64,000 bases of DNA from a virus, in the IMG/VR virus record IMGVR_UViG_3300018080_000001, positions 32,001 to 96,000 of that record; one strand, given 5' to 3'. How positions within the stretch are numbered: the stretch's first letter is position 1; each line of letters begins with the position of its first letter. Shown here piece after piece: positions 39,222 to 49,194 of this stretch. The notes under the pieces were generated by a model. That model saw only the letters and a program-made list of their open reading frames with translations, did no database searches and was not told the DNA's origin. The translations under genes and the position numbers were made by a program.

Positions 39222-40649
39222 CTATGTCACCAAATTTATAACAAAATCCGTACTAAGTATTCTGGCATATTCCGCAGGATCTACGGCAATATCCGATACT
39301 CCCGTTCCATCTTGTTCAGCCAACGTAATATAAGTCCAATTATCCACGCCTTGCACCTGCGAGACAACCCTATCAATATCAAACTCTTCTACATCATCAC
39401 CCAGCTTCAACCCATTTATATACTCAGTCACCGCAGTCTTAACCGTTAATAACACACTATCAGGATTACCCGAATTAACTTTTAAATTAGCCTCTATCTC
39501 AAGATACTTAGGTTGAGCCGCTCTAAATAATTTATCCATACCCATGGAATAAAATCTGGGCTGCGTAAAATATGAGGCCAAAGTCTCAATCATAGAATTA
39601 TATTCGAATGTAATTATAACAGGATCATCCAAAGCAGCCGGTGCACTACCACCGGATATAAATTTTATACCGTCTTCAGCCATGTTACTATACGAATATT
39701 CACCTTCTCCTATTATCACTTCATAATCTGTTCCCTCTACAAACGTTACTCCACCTGTAGTAGCTACTTCCAAAACCCTTATCAAGGGCTGTCTATCCAC
39801 TTCTATCAGCGTTTCTACTCCTGGATAGCCTGTAGTGTACGTTCTCTCTACAGGGGCCTCAGTCATCGCCCAGACATCCACAGCGCCCGCATCAGTTTGT
39901 TCACGTGTAAGAAAAGTATCTTGTCCATACACCACATAAGCATCGTACACTGTATTAAAATTATCTAGAACATAACTTTTTACGCCTGCTGGTGTACCTA
40001 TATTACTACCTTCTACATGAAGAAGATAACGATCAGCTACTTCTCTATTTGTCTCCGTCCCCCTACCAGAAGAACTACGATTCCTATTATAAACCTCATC
40101 GAAACCTGACAACGGCCTTCGCATGGTCTTTATTGTATAAGCACCTATCGAAGTCTCTTCCCCGGTAGATACCGAAGCAGCTAAAACATCTAATTCATAT
40201 TTCTCTGTTTCCGCGTTATAATAAGCATCAGGAGAAGCAAAAAACATGGTCTGGGTTTCAATCGTCCTAAAATTTATAGCCACCCCCGTTTCAGGATCTA
40301 CGATAGTGGCTAACGGGAAATTAACAGGCACCGTAATATTTGCCGTCGGTGTTTGATTCCTGGAAAAAGTAACAACCACAATAGAGCGAGAACCATCCCA
40401 CCGAACAATTCCCTCGTTGAACATAATGCTATCAACATCATCGGGAACAAGTTTTTCTACATTTTTCAAGCTAGCTAAATCATTTACATAAACAACACGC
40501 TTATTCTGGTCCTCCATCACCTCTGATACAGGATCTATTTGTAAGTCTCTAACCGGACCTATAGCCGTATCCAGAGTGGGATCTCTGAGATTAACCCCAT
40601 CTGCTATCATCACCCCAAATTGCGGTGCCGTTATATTTCCAACACTCAT
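39222..40649 (-). CDS. Baseplate J-like wedge protein
   Basis: TF.R...ITVP, GRGTETN...RY, GT..G, AGAVDVW, YINGLKLGDDV. Confidence 0.85.
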   Translation of the reverse strand: MSVGNITAPQFGVMIADGVNLRDPTLDTAIGPVRDLQIDPVSEVMEDQNKRVVYVNDLASLKNVEKLVPDDVDSIMFNEGIVRWDGSRSIVVVTFSRNQTPTANITVPVNFPLATIVDPETGVAINFRTIETQTMFFASPDAYYNAETEKYELDVLAASVSTGEETSIGAYTIKTMRRPLSGFDEVYNRNRSSSGRGTETNREVADRYLLHVEGSNIGTPAGVKSYVLDNFNTVYDAYVVYGQDTFLTREQTDAGAVDVWAMTEAPVERTYTTGYPGVETLIEVDRQPLIRVLEVATTGGVTFVEGTDYEVIIGEGEYSYSNMAEDGIKFISGGSAPAALDDPVIITFEYNSMIETLASYFTQPRFYSMGMDKLFRAAQPKYLEIEANLKVNSGNPDSVLLTVKTAVTEYINGLKLGDDVEEFDIDRVVSQVQGVDNWTYITLAEQDGTGVSDIAVDPAEYARILSTDFVINLVT

Positions 40650-40651
40650 AA

Positions 40652-41092
40652 TCAGCTCCTTAATGAACCGCTAACCGGAAAATTAGCAGCCCCAGATACT
40701 GTAATAATTTCTAATTTCCAACGAATTATTCTACCATCAGCTAAATCCGGCCAAAACTGCACGGGAGAAAAATCATAAATAAGTTCTTCTGCCGTTCGCT
40801 GACTAAATTGATAAGTTCTTTGTGCTCGTCTAAGTCTCTCCAAACCGTTTCTGACCAATAATTGAAAATCTAGCATAACCGGCACATTTAATGTTGCCGC
40901 AGAAGGATTATTTTGGTCCAATCCCACAGCAGAATCCAAGCCGCACCCGATTCCACCAATATCTCTAACGTCTGTGGATAAAGTCATTTTACAATCTTGC
41001 TCTGTCTTAGCTTTACCCGTCACCTTTTTATATAAACCTGTGGATAAGCTCCTTACGTAATCTCCATTTTTTATTTGTAGCGTATAAGACAT
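40652..41092 (-). CDS. gp25/W-like baseplate wedge subunit
   Basis: LQIKNGD...V.G..K..QD; size and position immediately before J. Confidence 0.65.
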   Translation of the reverse strand: MSYTLQIKNGDYVRSLSTGLYKKVTGKAKTEQDCKMTLSTDVRDIGGIGCGLDSAVGLDQNNPSAATLNVPVMLDFQLLVRNGLERLRRAQRTYQFSQRTAEELIYDFSPVQFWPDLADGRIIRWKLEIITVSGAANFPVSGSLRS

Positions 41093-41589
41093 TATGGCAC
41101 TTGTTCAGCTTCGCGCATCAAGGCTTGATATATGGCGTCATCCAAAATTTGTACTGACGCAACCAATTGAATCTTTGTATCCTCCCAATAAGATATAAGT
41201 TGGTCCACTTCATCCATATAACTAACCATATTGTGAAAACTTTCTCTGGTAATAGCCAATGAACTCACCGCACTCTCAAACAGACTTCTCGCAGGATCTA
41301 AAAAGTACTCATAAAACTCCGGACAAAATTCAGCTAGCGGTCCTTCCGGTGCACTCATTAACTGTTCTCTGATAGCTTCAATAACCTTTTGAAACTGCTC
41401 CCACAAAAATTCCTCGGCCTTGGCTAAAACATCCCACTGAGCTAACCACGCTCGTAATGCTGCGATTTGAGCATCAATAGCCGCTATAATACTCAGGAGT
41501 AAAGCTTTCAGAGTTTCCAAAATTTTGGAAGCCTGTTCGTAAATCCATCTAGCCACACATTTTGCCAAAGGTCTAGCTGGAGAACCCAT
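41092..41589 (-). CDS. Helical hypothetical baseplate-region protein (probable start MGSPARP)
   Basis: GGAAGGAG RBS; amphipathic helices. Confidence 0.6.
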   Translation of the reverse strand: MGSPARPLAKCVARWIYEQASKILETLKALLLSIIAAIDAQIAALRAWLAQWDVLAKAEEFLWEQFQKVIEAIREQLMSAPEGPLAEFCPEFYEYFLDPARSLFESAVSSLAITRESFHNMVSYMDEVDQLISYWEDTKIQLVASVQILDDAIYQALMREAEQVP

Positions 41590-41638
41590 ATAAAAACTCC
41601 TTCCCAAAAATTATATTAACACAAAACATTTACAAACC

Positions 41639-42961
41639 TTAAACAGTCCTAACAGTAGTACTTAAACAAACTGGTGTGGGCAACAATGCAGCTAAAGTTG
41701 CTGCCGCAACTCCCGCAGCAGCTAAAGGCAAATTTGGAGGAAATATTGACGCTGTATTTAAAGAAGCACTAAGAACAGTTAAAAATGTAACCATAGCCGC
41801 AGAAAAACTATCGCCTTTAACCACCCGATCAGTTGCTGCCGCACTTCCTAAATTAACAAAACCGGATAAACTTATGCTAGGAGCGCTAACAGCAACAGAA
41901 GCCGAAGAACTCAAACTCATGGTACCTGTAGAATTTAGACTCATCGAACCACTAGAAGTGATATTAACCGTAACCCCTGTTATATCAACAGAAGTAATTG
42001 CCGTTAAACTTGTACTAAGATTATTTACACTCCACTGGGCCAATGGCGTAGTCCAAGAAAATTTTGTCGCTAAATTAGCAGATACAACAAAATTTCCTAA
42101 TGTATCAATCTTTTCTTCATAAACATCAATATTACCGCTCAAATCCTTTAACAGTGTATAATCTCTTACAAATTGTCCAGCTTCTCCAATCATAGGAGAA
42201 AATAGAGTATCATTAATAACATCCCCACAAGATTTACGCGCTATAGTGGTACCACCAGGAATTAATCCACCATATCGTATATCGTAATTAACTTCCTGTG
42301 CCTGACCACCTCTAGCACTATATATATTAGTCTCTTGTTCATCTGTTGGCAAAACTCTACGTCTAGCACCACCCCTTCTTATTTCTGAAGACTCTCCCAC
42401 ATTTTCTATCTCTAATGTTGTTGTAGTAGTAATATCACCCGTTGGTTTATTTATATTAATACTATGGGGTCCACTACGTATCTTCGCCCTATCGCCTAAG
42501 TGTAAAACAGAATTACGTGCACTCATAAAATCCCAATCACCGGGTCTCAATCTTTCTCTGCCCGATGCAGGACCCCATCCAATTCCACCCCGGGCCTCAT
42601 TTTCTTGATCATATTGATCAAAACCCTCATAGAAAATAGCATGATAACCTAAAGCATAAGCCGTACCATTAGCATCAAACGCAATGAGTAAAGAATCTCC
42701 CACCTGCGGTATATATCGACCCCAGGAAGAACGTAAATAGTTCTTATCACTCTCATTCATTTTGGGTGGAACCGACAAACCTAATAAAGGAATTGTTACT
42801 TTTCTACTGTAAGCTAAGGATTCAAACAATACATTTACAGTCCCCTCATCAACATATACATCAGTTACCCTAGCCCGATGTATACTATTCATAAAAGAAT
42901 TCTCCTTAGACTTACGACTTAAAAAAGAACTAGATTCCTTATTTACAATATTTCTTCCCAT
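41639..42961 (-). CDS. Baseplate central spike (gp5/gpV-like)
   Basis: N-terminal OB fold (ARVTDV...GTVNV...PQVGD), Ser/Thr beta-repeat region, 'VNLG..ATDRVVKGD'. Confidence 0.75.
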   Translation of the reverse strand: MGRNIVNKESSSFLSRKSKENSFMNSIHRARVTDVYVDEGTVNVLFESLAYSRKVTIPLLGLSVPPKMNESDKNYLRSSWGRYIPQVGDSLLIAFDANGTAYALGYHAIFYEGFDQYDQENEARGGIGWGPASGRERLRPGDWDFMSARNSVLHLGDRAKIRSGPHSININKPTGDITTTTTLEIENVGESSEIRRGGARRRVLPTDEQETNIYSARGGQAQEVNYDIRYGGLIPGGTTIARKSCGDVINDTLFSPMIGEAGQFVRDYTLLKDLSGNIDVYEEKIDTLGNFVVSANLATKFSWTTPLAQWSVNNLSTSLTAITSVDITGVTVNITSSGSMSLNSTGTMSLSSSASVAVSAPSISLSGFVNLGSAAATDRVVKGDSFSAAMVTFLTVLSASLNTASIFPPNLPLAAAGVAAATLAALLPTPVCLSTTVRTV

Positions 42962-45423
42962 TACTTCTTCTTATTTGTCTCTACTTTAGTTTGTTTCAGC
43001 AACTCCGCTAAATTATAAGGTCTATTACCATTACCAAAATGCGCGTGTATAGGTCTCCCCCTATCATCTAGCCTACCACCCCAACCTCTAATTTGATTAA
43101 CGTTAATTGTTGTATCAACATTAGAATTCCACACAATACTGTGCTGCAAATTAACTATATTTGCATAATAATTTCGCTTCCTCCAAAAAATAGGTCTATT
43201 TACCATCAAACCAAACATAGGTACTACCGGAATAGATGTATTACGAGCTTCTGCATTAACCCTATTTAATTCAAGAGCACAAAAAAATTGAGCAGCTCTG
43301 TCACCTTCTAAAATACCCCAAACATTACCATCCATCACTCTAACACCCAGTATAGGAATCAACTCCTTTATCGAAGATATTTGATATCTTGTTTCTAAGT
43401 TATTCAGAGCTGTTTGATTCTTAAAATAATTGGGCTGCGCTCTATATACAGTAAGAACACCTTCATCCGTAGAAGTATTGCTAAAACCTAACTGTTCATG
43501 CTCTTCCACAGTAAATTCACGTTCATAATTAAACTCAGCTTTCTTCTCATAATTATATAATTCTAAATCAGCATCAAGCTTTGTAGTCTCAAAAACCATA
43601 CTGGTTAGTTTATCTACATCAGAATATTCACCGTCATATGATTTTGCAAAAATATCGTTATAACTGTTGTTAAAACTTTTATTCACGTCATCAACATAGC
43701 TATCTGCAATTCCATACTTACCCACGAATTCCCCCGGATCAAAATCAAAAAATGGCATTTCAAAGATCACATCGCCTTTAGGCGTAGCATAAAATCTAAA
43801 ATCAATTCTCTGCGCCAAATCATAAATATATGACAATCTATCCCTAAAATGAGAATGGATAGAGCTTATCGTACCCATCCCCCGATCCAAAACATCGCCC
43901 AAATTAGTATCCAAAGTAGCTGGGGCGAAGTAGTAAACTTTACCCCCGCCAACAGGATACTTGTCTAAATTAGTTCCTATAACAGTTATTATATCCTCTA
44001 TCTTCGGCATTCCCGACGTAAGCAATTCAGTAGGTATATCTTCATCTCGATCCAACATATCTGTTAAATCTATTTCCCTAACCCTGTGATGTATAATTTC
44101 ATTCCACTTATTTAAGTCCTCAATACCACTACCCAAAGCCTTATCCCCGGTTGAAGCTTCAGCCCCGTCATATTGAAAATATATATAGTGCAATCCTATG
44201 GCATCTGACCTACGCTTAAATCCAACATTACGAGAACTGGTCACAGCAGCCATATTCAATTTATCCAAGCGTTCTATTCTACCTGCTTGTTTATGTTTTC
44301 TAATTACGTTTTCTCCGGTCTCCGTAAGTGTCTCTGCCCTCACATCAGGACCAGGCAGTATTTTCTCTAGCTCATTCGGACTAATATTCATTATATTGGT
44401 CAAATAATTCAACCTGGCATCCGCATCCATATTAGCTATCTCACGCATTACCGTTTCATTAATAACTTTTTCCGCAGATTGCGAACCAAAAAATATTGTC
44501 TCTAATATTTCAAAAATAGTAAAACCTTCAAAAATTTCTTGAAAAGGAATTACCCCGGTGCTCGAAACAGTATTCAATTCTTCACGAAGAACATCCTCGA
44601 TATTAGGATCAGCTAAACCCGTAGACAATTGAATAAGAGAGTATCTGGCCATTTTTGTTACATCAGTACATGTAATTGTAACATTAGAACTTTTATTTAC
44701 ATCTGAATCCTCAGTATAACTCGTAACAAATCCGGTAAACATCCAATACCATCTGCGTGCGTCAAAAGGATCTCTAAACACTACGCGAACAGGATCATTA
44801 GAATGAAATACGCAATCACCTTCTTGAAAAGGATAATCATGTATAATACCACCCGGATATTTAACTAACTCCGACTCCGAATTGGTAGGATTAACTTTAC
44901 TCCGGTATCCCAATTTTTCCGTTATAACAGATCTCTTGATAGACCCCCACGGAGTCTCAGCATCATAGGCAACTGCTAATTTATTCTCCTCTTGTTCCCT
45001 TAAATTCATCAACTCTTTTTGTACTTCGCTACTAAAAGAATCGACACCAAGATTCTCATCACTAACACCGGAACTAATAGCATCCCAAAGATCCTGATTT
45101 AAATGCTGGAACTCATCTATATTATTATATTCACTCTTTTTTATAGTTCCATCTATATACTTGTTATAATTTGCAATAGATTGTCCTATTGCGATTAAAT
45201 CCTGATGTGTGATAATATAACGGTCTTCATGATTATTAAGGGTAATAGCGCAAGATCCTGGAGTTCTCTCCGCACTACCTCCAGATTGATTTACCCGCAC
45301 AGAAAGAACATCGTTAGTAATTTCTTGCCCATAAATAAATACTCTATACGCAGGAAAAGCTGTCCTATGTACAGTTCCACCGGCCAAAACATCTGCGTAT
45401 GCTACTTCGTCTAAACTTGCCAT
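42961..45423 (-). CDS. Baseplate hub (gp27-like) protein
   Basis: RVFIYGQEIT, FTGFV..., ITCTDVTK, FRFYATPKGDVIF; lies between the tube initiator and the spike. Confidence 0.7.
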   Translation of the reverse strand: MASLDEVAYADVLAGGTVHRTAFPAYRVFIYGQEITNDVLSVRVNQSGGSAERTPGSCAITLNNHEDRYIITHQDLIAIGQSIANYNKYIDGTIKKSEYNNIDEFQHLNQDLWDAISSGVSDENLGVDSFSSEVQKELMNLREQEENKLAVAYDAETPWGSIKRSVITEKLGYRSKVNPTNSESELVKYPGGIIHDYPFQEGDCVFHSNDPVRVVFRDPFDARRWYWMFTGFVTSYTEDSDVNKSSNVTITCTDVTKMARYSLIQLSTGLADPNIEDVLREELNTVSSTGVIPFQEIFEGFTIFEILETIFFGSQSAEKVINETVMREIANMDADARLNYLTNIMNISPNELEKILPGPDVRAETLTETGENVIRKHKQAGRIERLDKLNMAAVTSSRNVGFKRRSDAIGLHYIYFQYDGAEASTGDKALGSGIEDLNKWNEIIHHRVREIDLTDMLDRDEDIPTELLTSGMPKIEDIITVIGTNLDKYPVGGGKVYYFAPATLDTNLGDVLDRGMGTISSIHSHFRDRLSYIYDLAQRIDFRFYATPKGDVIFEMPFFDFDPGEFVGKYGIADSYVDDVNKSFNNSYNDIFAKSYDGEYSDVDKLTSMVFETTKLDADLELYNYEKKAEFNYEREFTVEEHEQLGFSNTSTDEGVLTVYRAQPNYFKNQTALNNLETRYQISSIKELIPILGVRVMDGNVWGILEGDRAAQFFCALELNRVNAEARNTSIPVVPMFGLMVNRPIFWRKRNYYANIVNLQHSIVWNSNVDTTINVNQIRGWGGRLDDRGRPIHAHFGNGNRPYNLAELLKQTKVETNKKK

Positions 45424-45426
45424 TCT

Positions 45427-46212
45427 TTATCCCAAATCGTTCATAAATTCCCTACTCAGATTAGACACCAAAACACTATAAATATAATCCAATGAAGGAT
45501 AAGAATTCTGCGCCGTAAATCCAAAATTATAATTTACACTAAATGGTGTAGGTTCTGCGGAATCTGTAAACTCCAGAGGTCTATCAAAATGTCCAATAAA
45601 AGTAATGAGAGTATTACCAAATAAAGGACTGGAATATGTTATATAATAATAAACAGGTGCCCCACTTCTTGGGTCCATCACAGGTTCTCTAGTAAGCGTA
45701 TGCAAATTATGAAAATTAGCCAACTTAGCAGCGCCCGCCATACTTTTAGCAACACCTTTTTGTTCTAAACCAACTGCGGCATCCCTTTGAGCAATAGTTT
45801 CAGCGGATTTCTGGTTTAACCAATCAACCCCCTTTTCTATACGCCCGGATACCTCATTAACCCAACCCCCTTTTTTATACCCGCCGCGTTTAAGATTTAT
45901 ATTCCCTGTTTGTCCGGAAAACTCCATTTGAAGAATATCATTATTCCTACCGACCCTATTAGTCCAATGAACAAATACAGAACCACCTTGAGTATCTTTT
46001 TTAGTTATACGTTTAGATGAACGAAAAGAAACTGTATTAGGATTCACATGCATACTTACACCAGGAATTCCATAACGCAAGCGATAAGAAGAAGTTAGAT
46101 AAAAAGGTGTGCGCAAAGACACAGCCTCATACGGATTCAGTGCACGTTCCAGAGCTTTGGCAAAATTAGGGATACTACTAGTCTCATTAAATAATTGTGC
46201 AATGGCAGTCAT
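45427..46212 (-). CDS. Tail tube initiator-like protein
   Basis: MHVNPNTV...K.I....TQGG...HW, FSGQTG, F.GHF...F.DSA..PF..NY.F.F. Confidence 0.65.
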   Translation of the reverse strand: MTAIAQLFNETSSIPNFAKALERALNPYEAVSLRTPFYLTSSYRLRYGIPGVSMHVNPNTVSFRSSKRITKKDTQGGSVFVHWTNRVGRNNDILQMEFSGQTGNINLKRGGYKKGGWVNEVSGRIEKGVDWLNQKSAETIAQRDAAVGLEQKGVAKSMAGAAKLANFHNLHTLTREPVMDPRSGAPVYYYITYSSPLFGNTLITFIGHFDRPLEFTDSAEPTPFSVNYNFGFTAQNSYPSLDYIYSVLVSNLSREFMNDLG

Positions 46213-49194
46213 CTAATCCTCCAATGTAAATATAGAAGGTAATCCACCCCATTCACCTTCTTTTTCTCTTCCTCGTTCTTTTTCAATCTCTCTCAACTGT
46301 ACCATGGGCGGCAACTCCTGCTTTCGAATAAAACGCGCCTCTTCTTTTTCCCGCCATTTAGCCGCATCCGTAGCTTCTTTCGTTACTTTACCCCCAGAAC
46401 CCCAGAAAGAAGCCCTATTAATATTAAGGGTATTTACTTTACCCCTAGTAAATTTAGGCATTGCTACACGTTTACTTGGATCTCTGGGTCCATAACCTTT
46501 ACCCAAGGTGCTATGATAAAAATAGGTAGCTCCACCCGTAGGATCTAAAGCACGACCCTCAAGAATTTTTCTAGCTAATTCACGACTCTCTTTAGTAGCT
46601 TCGCGTTTAGTTGCATAAGGGCGCATCTTCCCACCTTTAGTTGTGCCCTGTCTACCAAATCCCGTACCGCCTGTTATAACCTCTTCCAAAGTCTGTCCGA
46701 ACCCACCTTGTTTTAGTCTGTTTAAAGCAGTAAATCCAATTCCCGCAGCTTCAATTTCCCTAGTCCCTGTAAGCGGCTTACGACCCATTTCACTACGTAT
46801 CATTCGGGCCAATGCTTCTTCATCCACTTCACTATAAGAACGCATTCCCATTCTAGTTTCTGTAATAGCAGATTCATCCCCAAATAATAACCCACAACGT
46901 GGACAATTACCCATCAACATCAAATTAATATTACCTAATTGATCAGTTCCACTGGAGACTATAGACAGCTGGCCTCCAACCCATTGCTCTTCTTCCAATC
47001 TGATCTGACCTTCGGGTGTTTCTAGATAAGATTCTGCAATAGGAACTTCATAAGTAGCCTCTTCCGTCCCTACTTCTACGGGAACGGTTACAACTCTAAT
47101 AGTCTCCGTAGTAGGAGTATAGCGTTCCACCATACGGGGAACTTCCTCAGACCCCATACCAATTTGAGGTACAGAATGAGGAACTCTTATACGTACAGGA
47201 TTAAGTCTCGGATAAATAGAGGGTAAAACTTCTGCTCGTTCTTCTGGAGTTAACTTCTGTATTTCTTCCGAAGACAGAATTGCAATGGGTTGACCCTCTT
47301 GCTCCTTTTCCCCTTTACCTAATGGATCAAATTCTATAGCCCTAGCTAAATTATCAAAAGTTGATCCTAATATTGTTTTTCCCGATCTTTCAGCGGCACC
47401 TTTCATATCTCGTAAACCACCTATCATCTGTTTAAAACCTTTATCCATACCAGAAGACAGATCGCCTACTTTACTTAACAGTATTTCATTAGCCTCTTCA
47501 TCACCACGCAGGTAATTTATTATCATTTGTGGTACAGATCTAAAGAATCCAATCAAAGTAGCTAGTAGATTCCCCATTACACTGAGAATACCTTCACCCA
47601 TCTTAGAAATACCTTGCATCCATTCATTCATATTACGCTGAAATCTACTTTGTTTTTGCTTTTCAGTTTGAAGAGATTCCTGAATAGTCTTTATATTTTT
47701 ATCCACAATTTCTTCCGCTCTTTTTATATCTCCCTCATCTATCGCCCTTTTAACCATCATAATACTATTAGAACCCTCTACTCCCATCTTAAGACCGCTG
47801 GCTTCTTGTAAAATATATTTGGCTAAAGTTTCGTCACCTTGGGCAGCACGCAACACTACACCGCCCAATTTTTCTATAAATTTCATCAGTTCATCTTTTC
47901 TCCCACCTTCGGCGACCCTACTAAAAGCTTCCTGCATCTTTTGTATAGCGTCTAAGCCCTTACCAAAACCCATCTCCTCGCCAATCATCATCTTCCACTC
48001 ATTGGACATATTAACGATACTGGATGCCATCTGGGTTAAACCCATTGCCGCTTGTCTACCAGCAAATTGACGAGGAACACCCATTTTTTCAAAGCTATCT
48101 TGTAGAGTCATAGATAAATCAATAACATCATCAATATCAAATCCAAATTTCTGTAAGGAACCCGCCGCACTCTCCACATTTTTAGTAAATTGTTGAACAC
48201 CTATACCAGATTCCATACCCGCAGAAATCATCTTAAGCGTAGTGTCTCTTGCCTCACCTAAAGTCTTTCCATACTCGGATATATAAGTAATAGTCCTTCT
48301 GGCTGTATCACCACCCGCTAATTCCAACATCTTATCAATACCCAGGGTCAAAGTAAGATAATTATCAGCAACCCCGCGAATATCCGTATCTACTTCGCTT
48401 AGCATCTGTTCAATAGTCAATCCACCTTCGGCAAACGCTTGTGCAACCCCTTGAACTTCTTGCCTAGCAATACCATAAAATTGCTGTAGATTTTCCTGCA
48501 ATTTAGAAATATAATTGGTTCCTGATCGGACCATCCTATCTACAGCACTATCATACATAGTAATCAATATATTGGTTACTTCTCCAGCTTCACGTTGTAT
48601 TCTATCTCTCCGCTGAAAACCAAAAGCCATCCACATCACACCACCGGCTAAAATAGCACCTGGCAATGGTAAGTGTACTTTTCTTAACATACCTGTAATA
48701 GAATTCTTTAAACTTTTTACTTCTCTACCAATAACGCTTTTTTCAAATTTTCTCTGTTTTTCTCTGCGCTCCCTTTCCTTTCGCTTCTTCTCTTCTTCTT
48801 TTAGTTTCCGCTCTTCTTCATTAAAATCTATTTCCGTAACTACTTTATCTTGTTCCACAACCTCTTTTGTAACCTCATTAGACAATAAAGAAAATTTTTC
48901 TGTTGCGTCATCTAAAGTATTATTAAAAAGTGACAAAGAAATACCGGACTTCTCTGCAAAAGAAATAAATGTATTGGAAATAGCATTTTTTTGATTTTCA
49001 ATTAAATTTATAGTTTCTTCAATATTCTCTAAACCTTCTATATTCAACTCTTTAACGGCTTCTTTAAAATAATCTATAGAGTCAAGCATATCATCGAACG
49101 CATCTGCATTCTCATCAGAAACTTCAGCAATAGCAGATCCCAACTCGGTAAATCTGGTCTTTACTTCTTCTACTTGAGTTGGATCTACGAGCAT
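46213..49194 (-). CDS. Tape-measure-like protein 2 with a C-terminal SleB/Hydrolase_2 cell-wall hydrolase domain
   Basis: Long helical body; ALARMIRSEMG...ALNRL...TLEEVI...DPTGGATYFYH. Confidence 0.8.
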   Translation of the reverse strand: MLVDPTQVEEVKTRFTELGSAIAEVSDENADAFDDMLDSIDYFKEAVKELNIEGLENIEETINLIENQKNAISNTFISFAEKSGISLSLFNNTLDDATEKFSLLSNEVTKEVVEQDKVVTEIDFNEEERKLKEEEKKRKERERREKQRKFEKSVIGREVKSLKNSITGMLRKVHLPLPGAILAGGVMWMAFGFQRRDRIQREAGEVTNILITMYDSAVDRMVRSGTNYISKLQENLQQFYGIARQEVQGVAQAFAEGGLTIEQMLSEVDTDIRGVADNYLTLTLGIDKMLELAGGDTARRTITYISEYGKTLGEARDTTLKMISAGMESGIGVQQFTKNVESAAGSLQKFGFDIDDVIDLSMTLQDSFEKMGVPRQFAGRQAAMGLTQMASSIVNMSNEWKMMIGEEMGFGKGLDAIQKMQEAFSRVAEGGRKDELMKFIEKLGGVVLRAAQGDETLAKYILQEASGLKMGVEGSNSIMMVKRAIDEGDIKRAEEIVDKNIKTIQESLQTEKQKQSRFQRNMNEWMQGISKMGEGILSVMGNLLATLIGFFRSVPQMIINYLRGDEEANEILLSKVGDLSSGMDKGFKQMIGGLRDMKGAAERSGKTILGSTFDNLARAIEFDPLGKGEKEQEGQPIAILSSEEIQKLTPEERAEVLPSIYPRLNPVRIRVPHSVPQIGMGSEEVPRMVERYTPTTETIRVVTVPVEVGTEEATYEVPIAESYLETPEGQIRLEEEQWVGGQLSIVSSGTDQLGNINLMLMGNCPRCGLLFGDESAITETRMGMRSYSEVDEEALARMIRSEMGRKPLTGTREIEAAGIGFTALNRLKQGGFGQTLEEVITGGTGFGRQGTTKGGKMRPYATKREATKESRELARKILEGRALDPTGGATYFYHSTLGKGYGPRDPSKRVAMPKFTRGKVNTLNINRASFWGSGGKVTKEATDAAKWREKEEARFIRKQELPPMVQLREIEKERGREKEGEWGGLPSIFTLED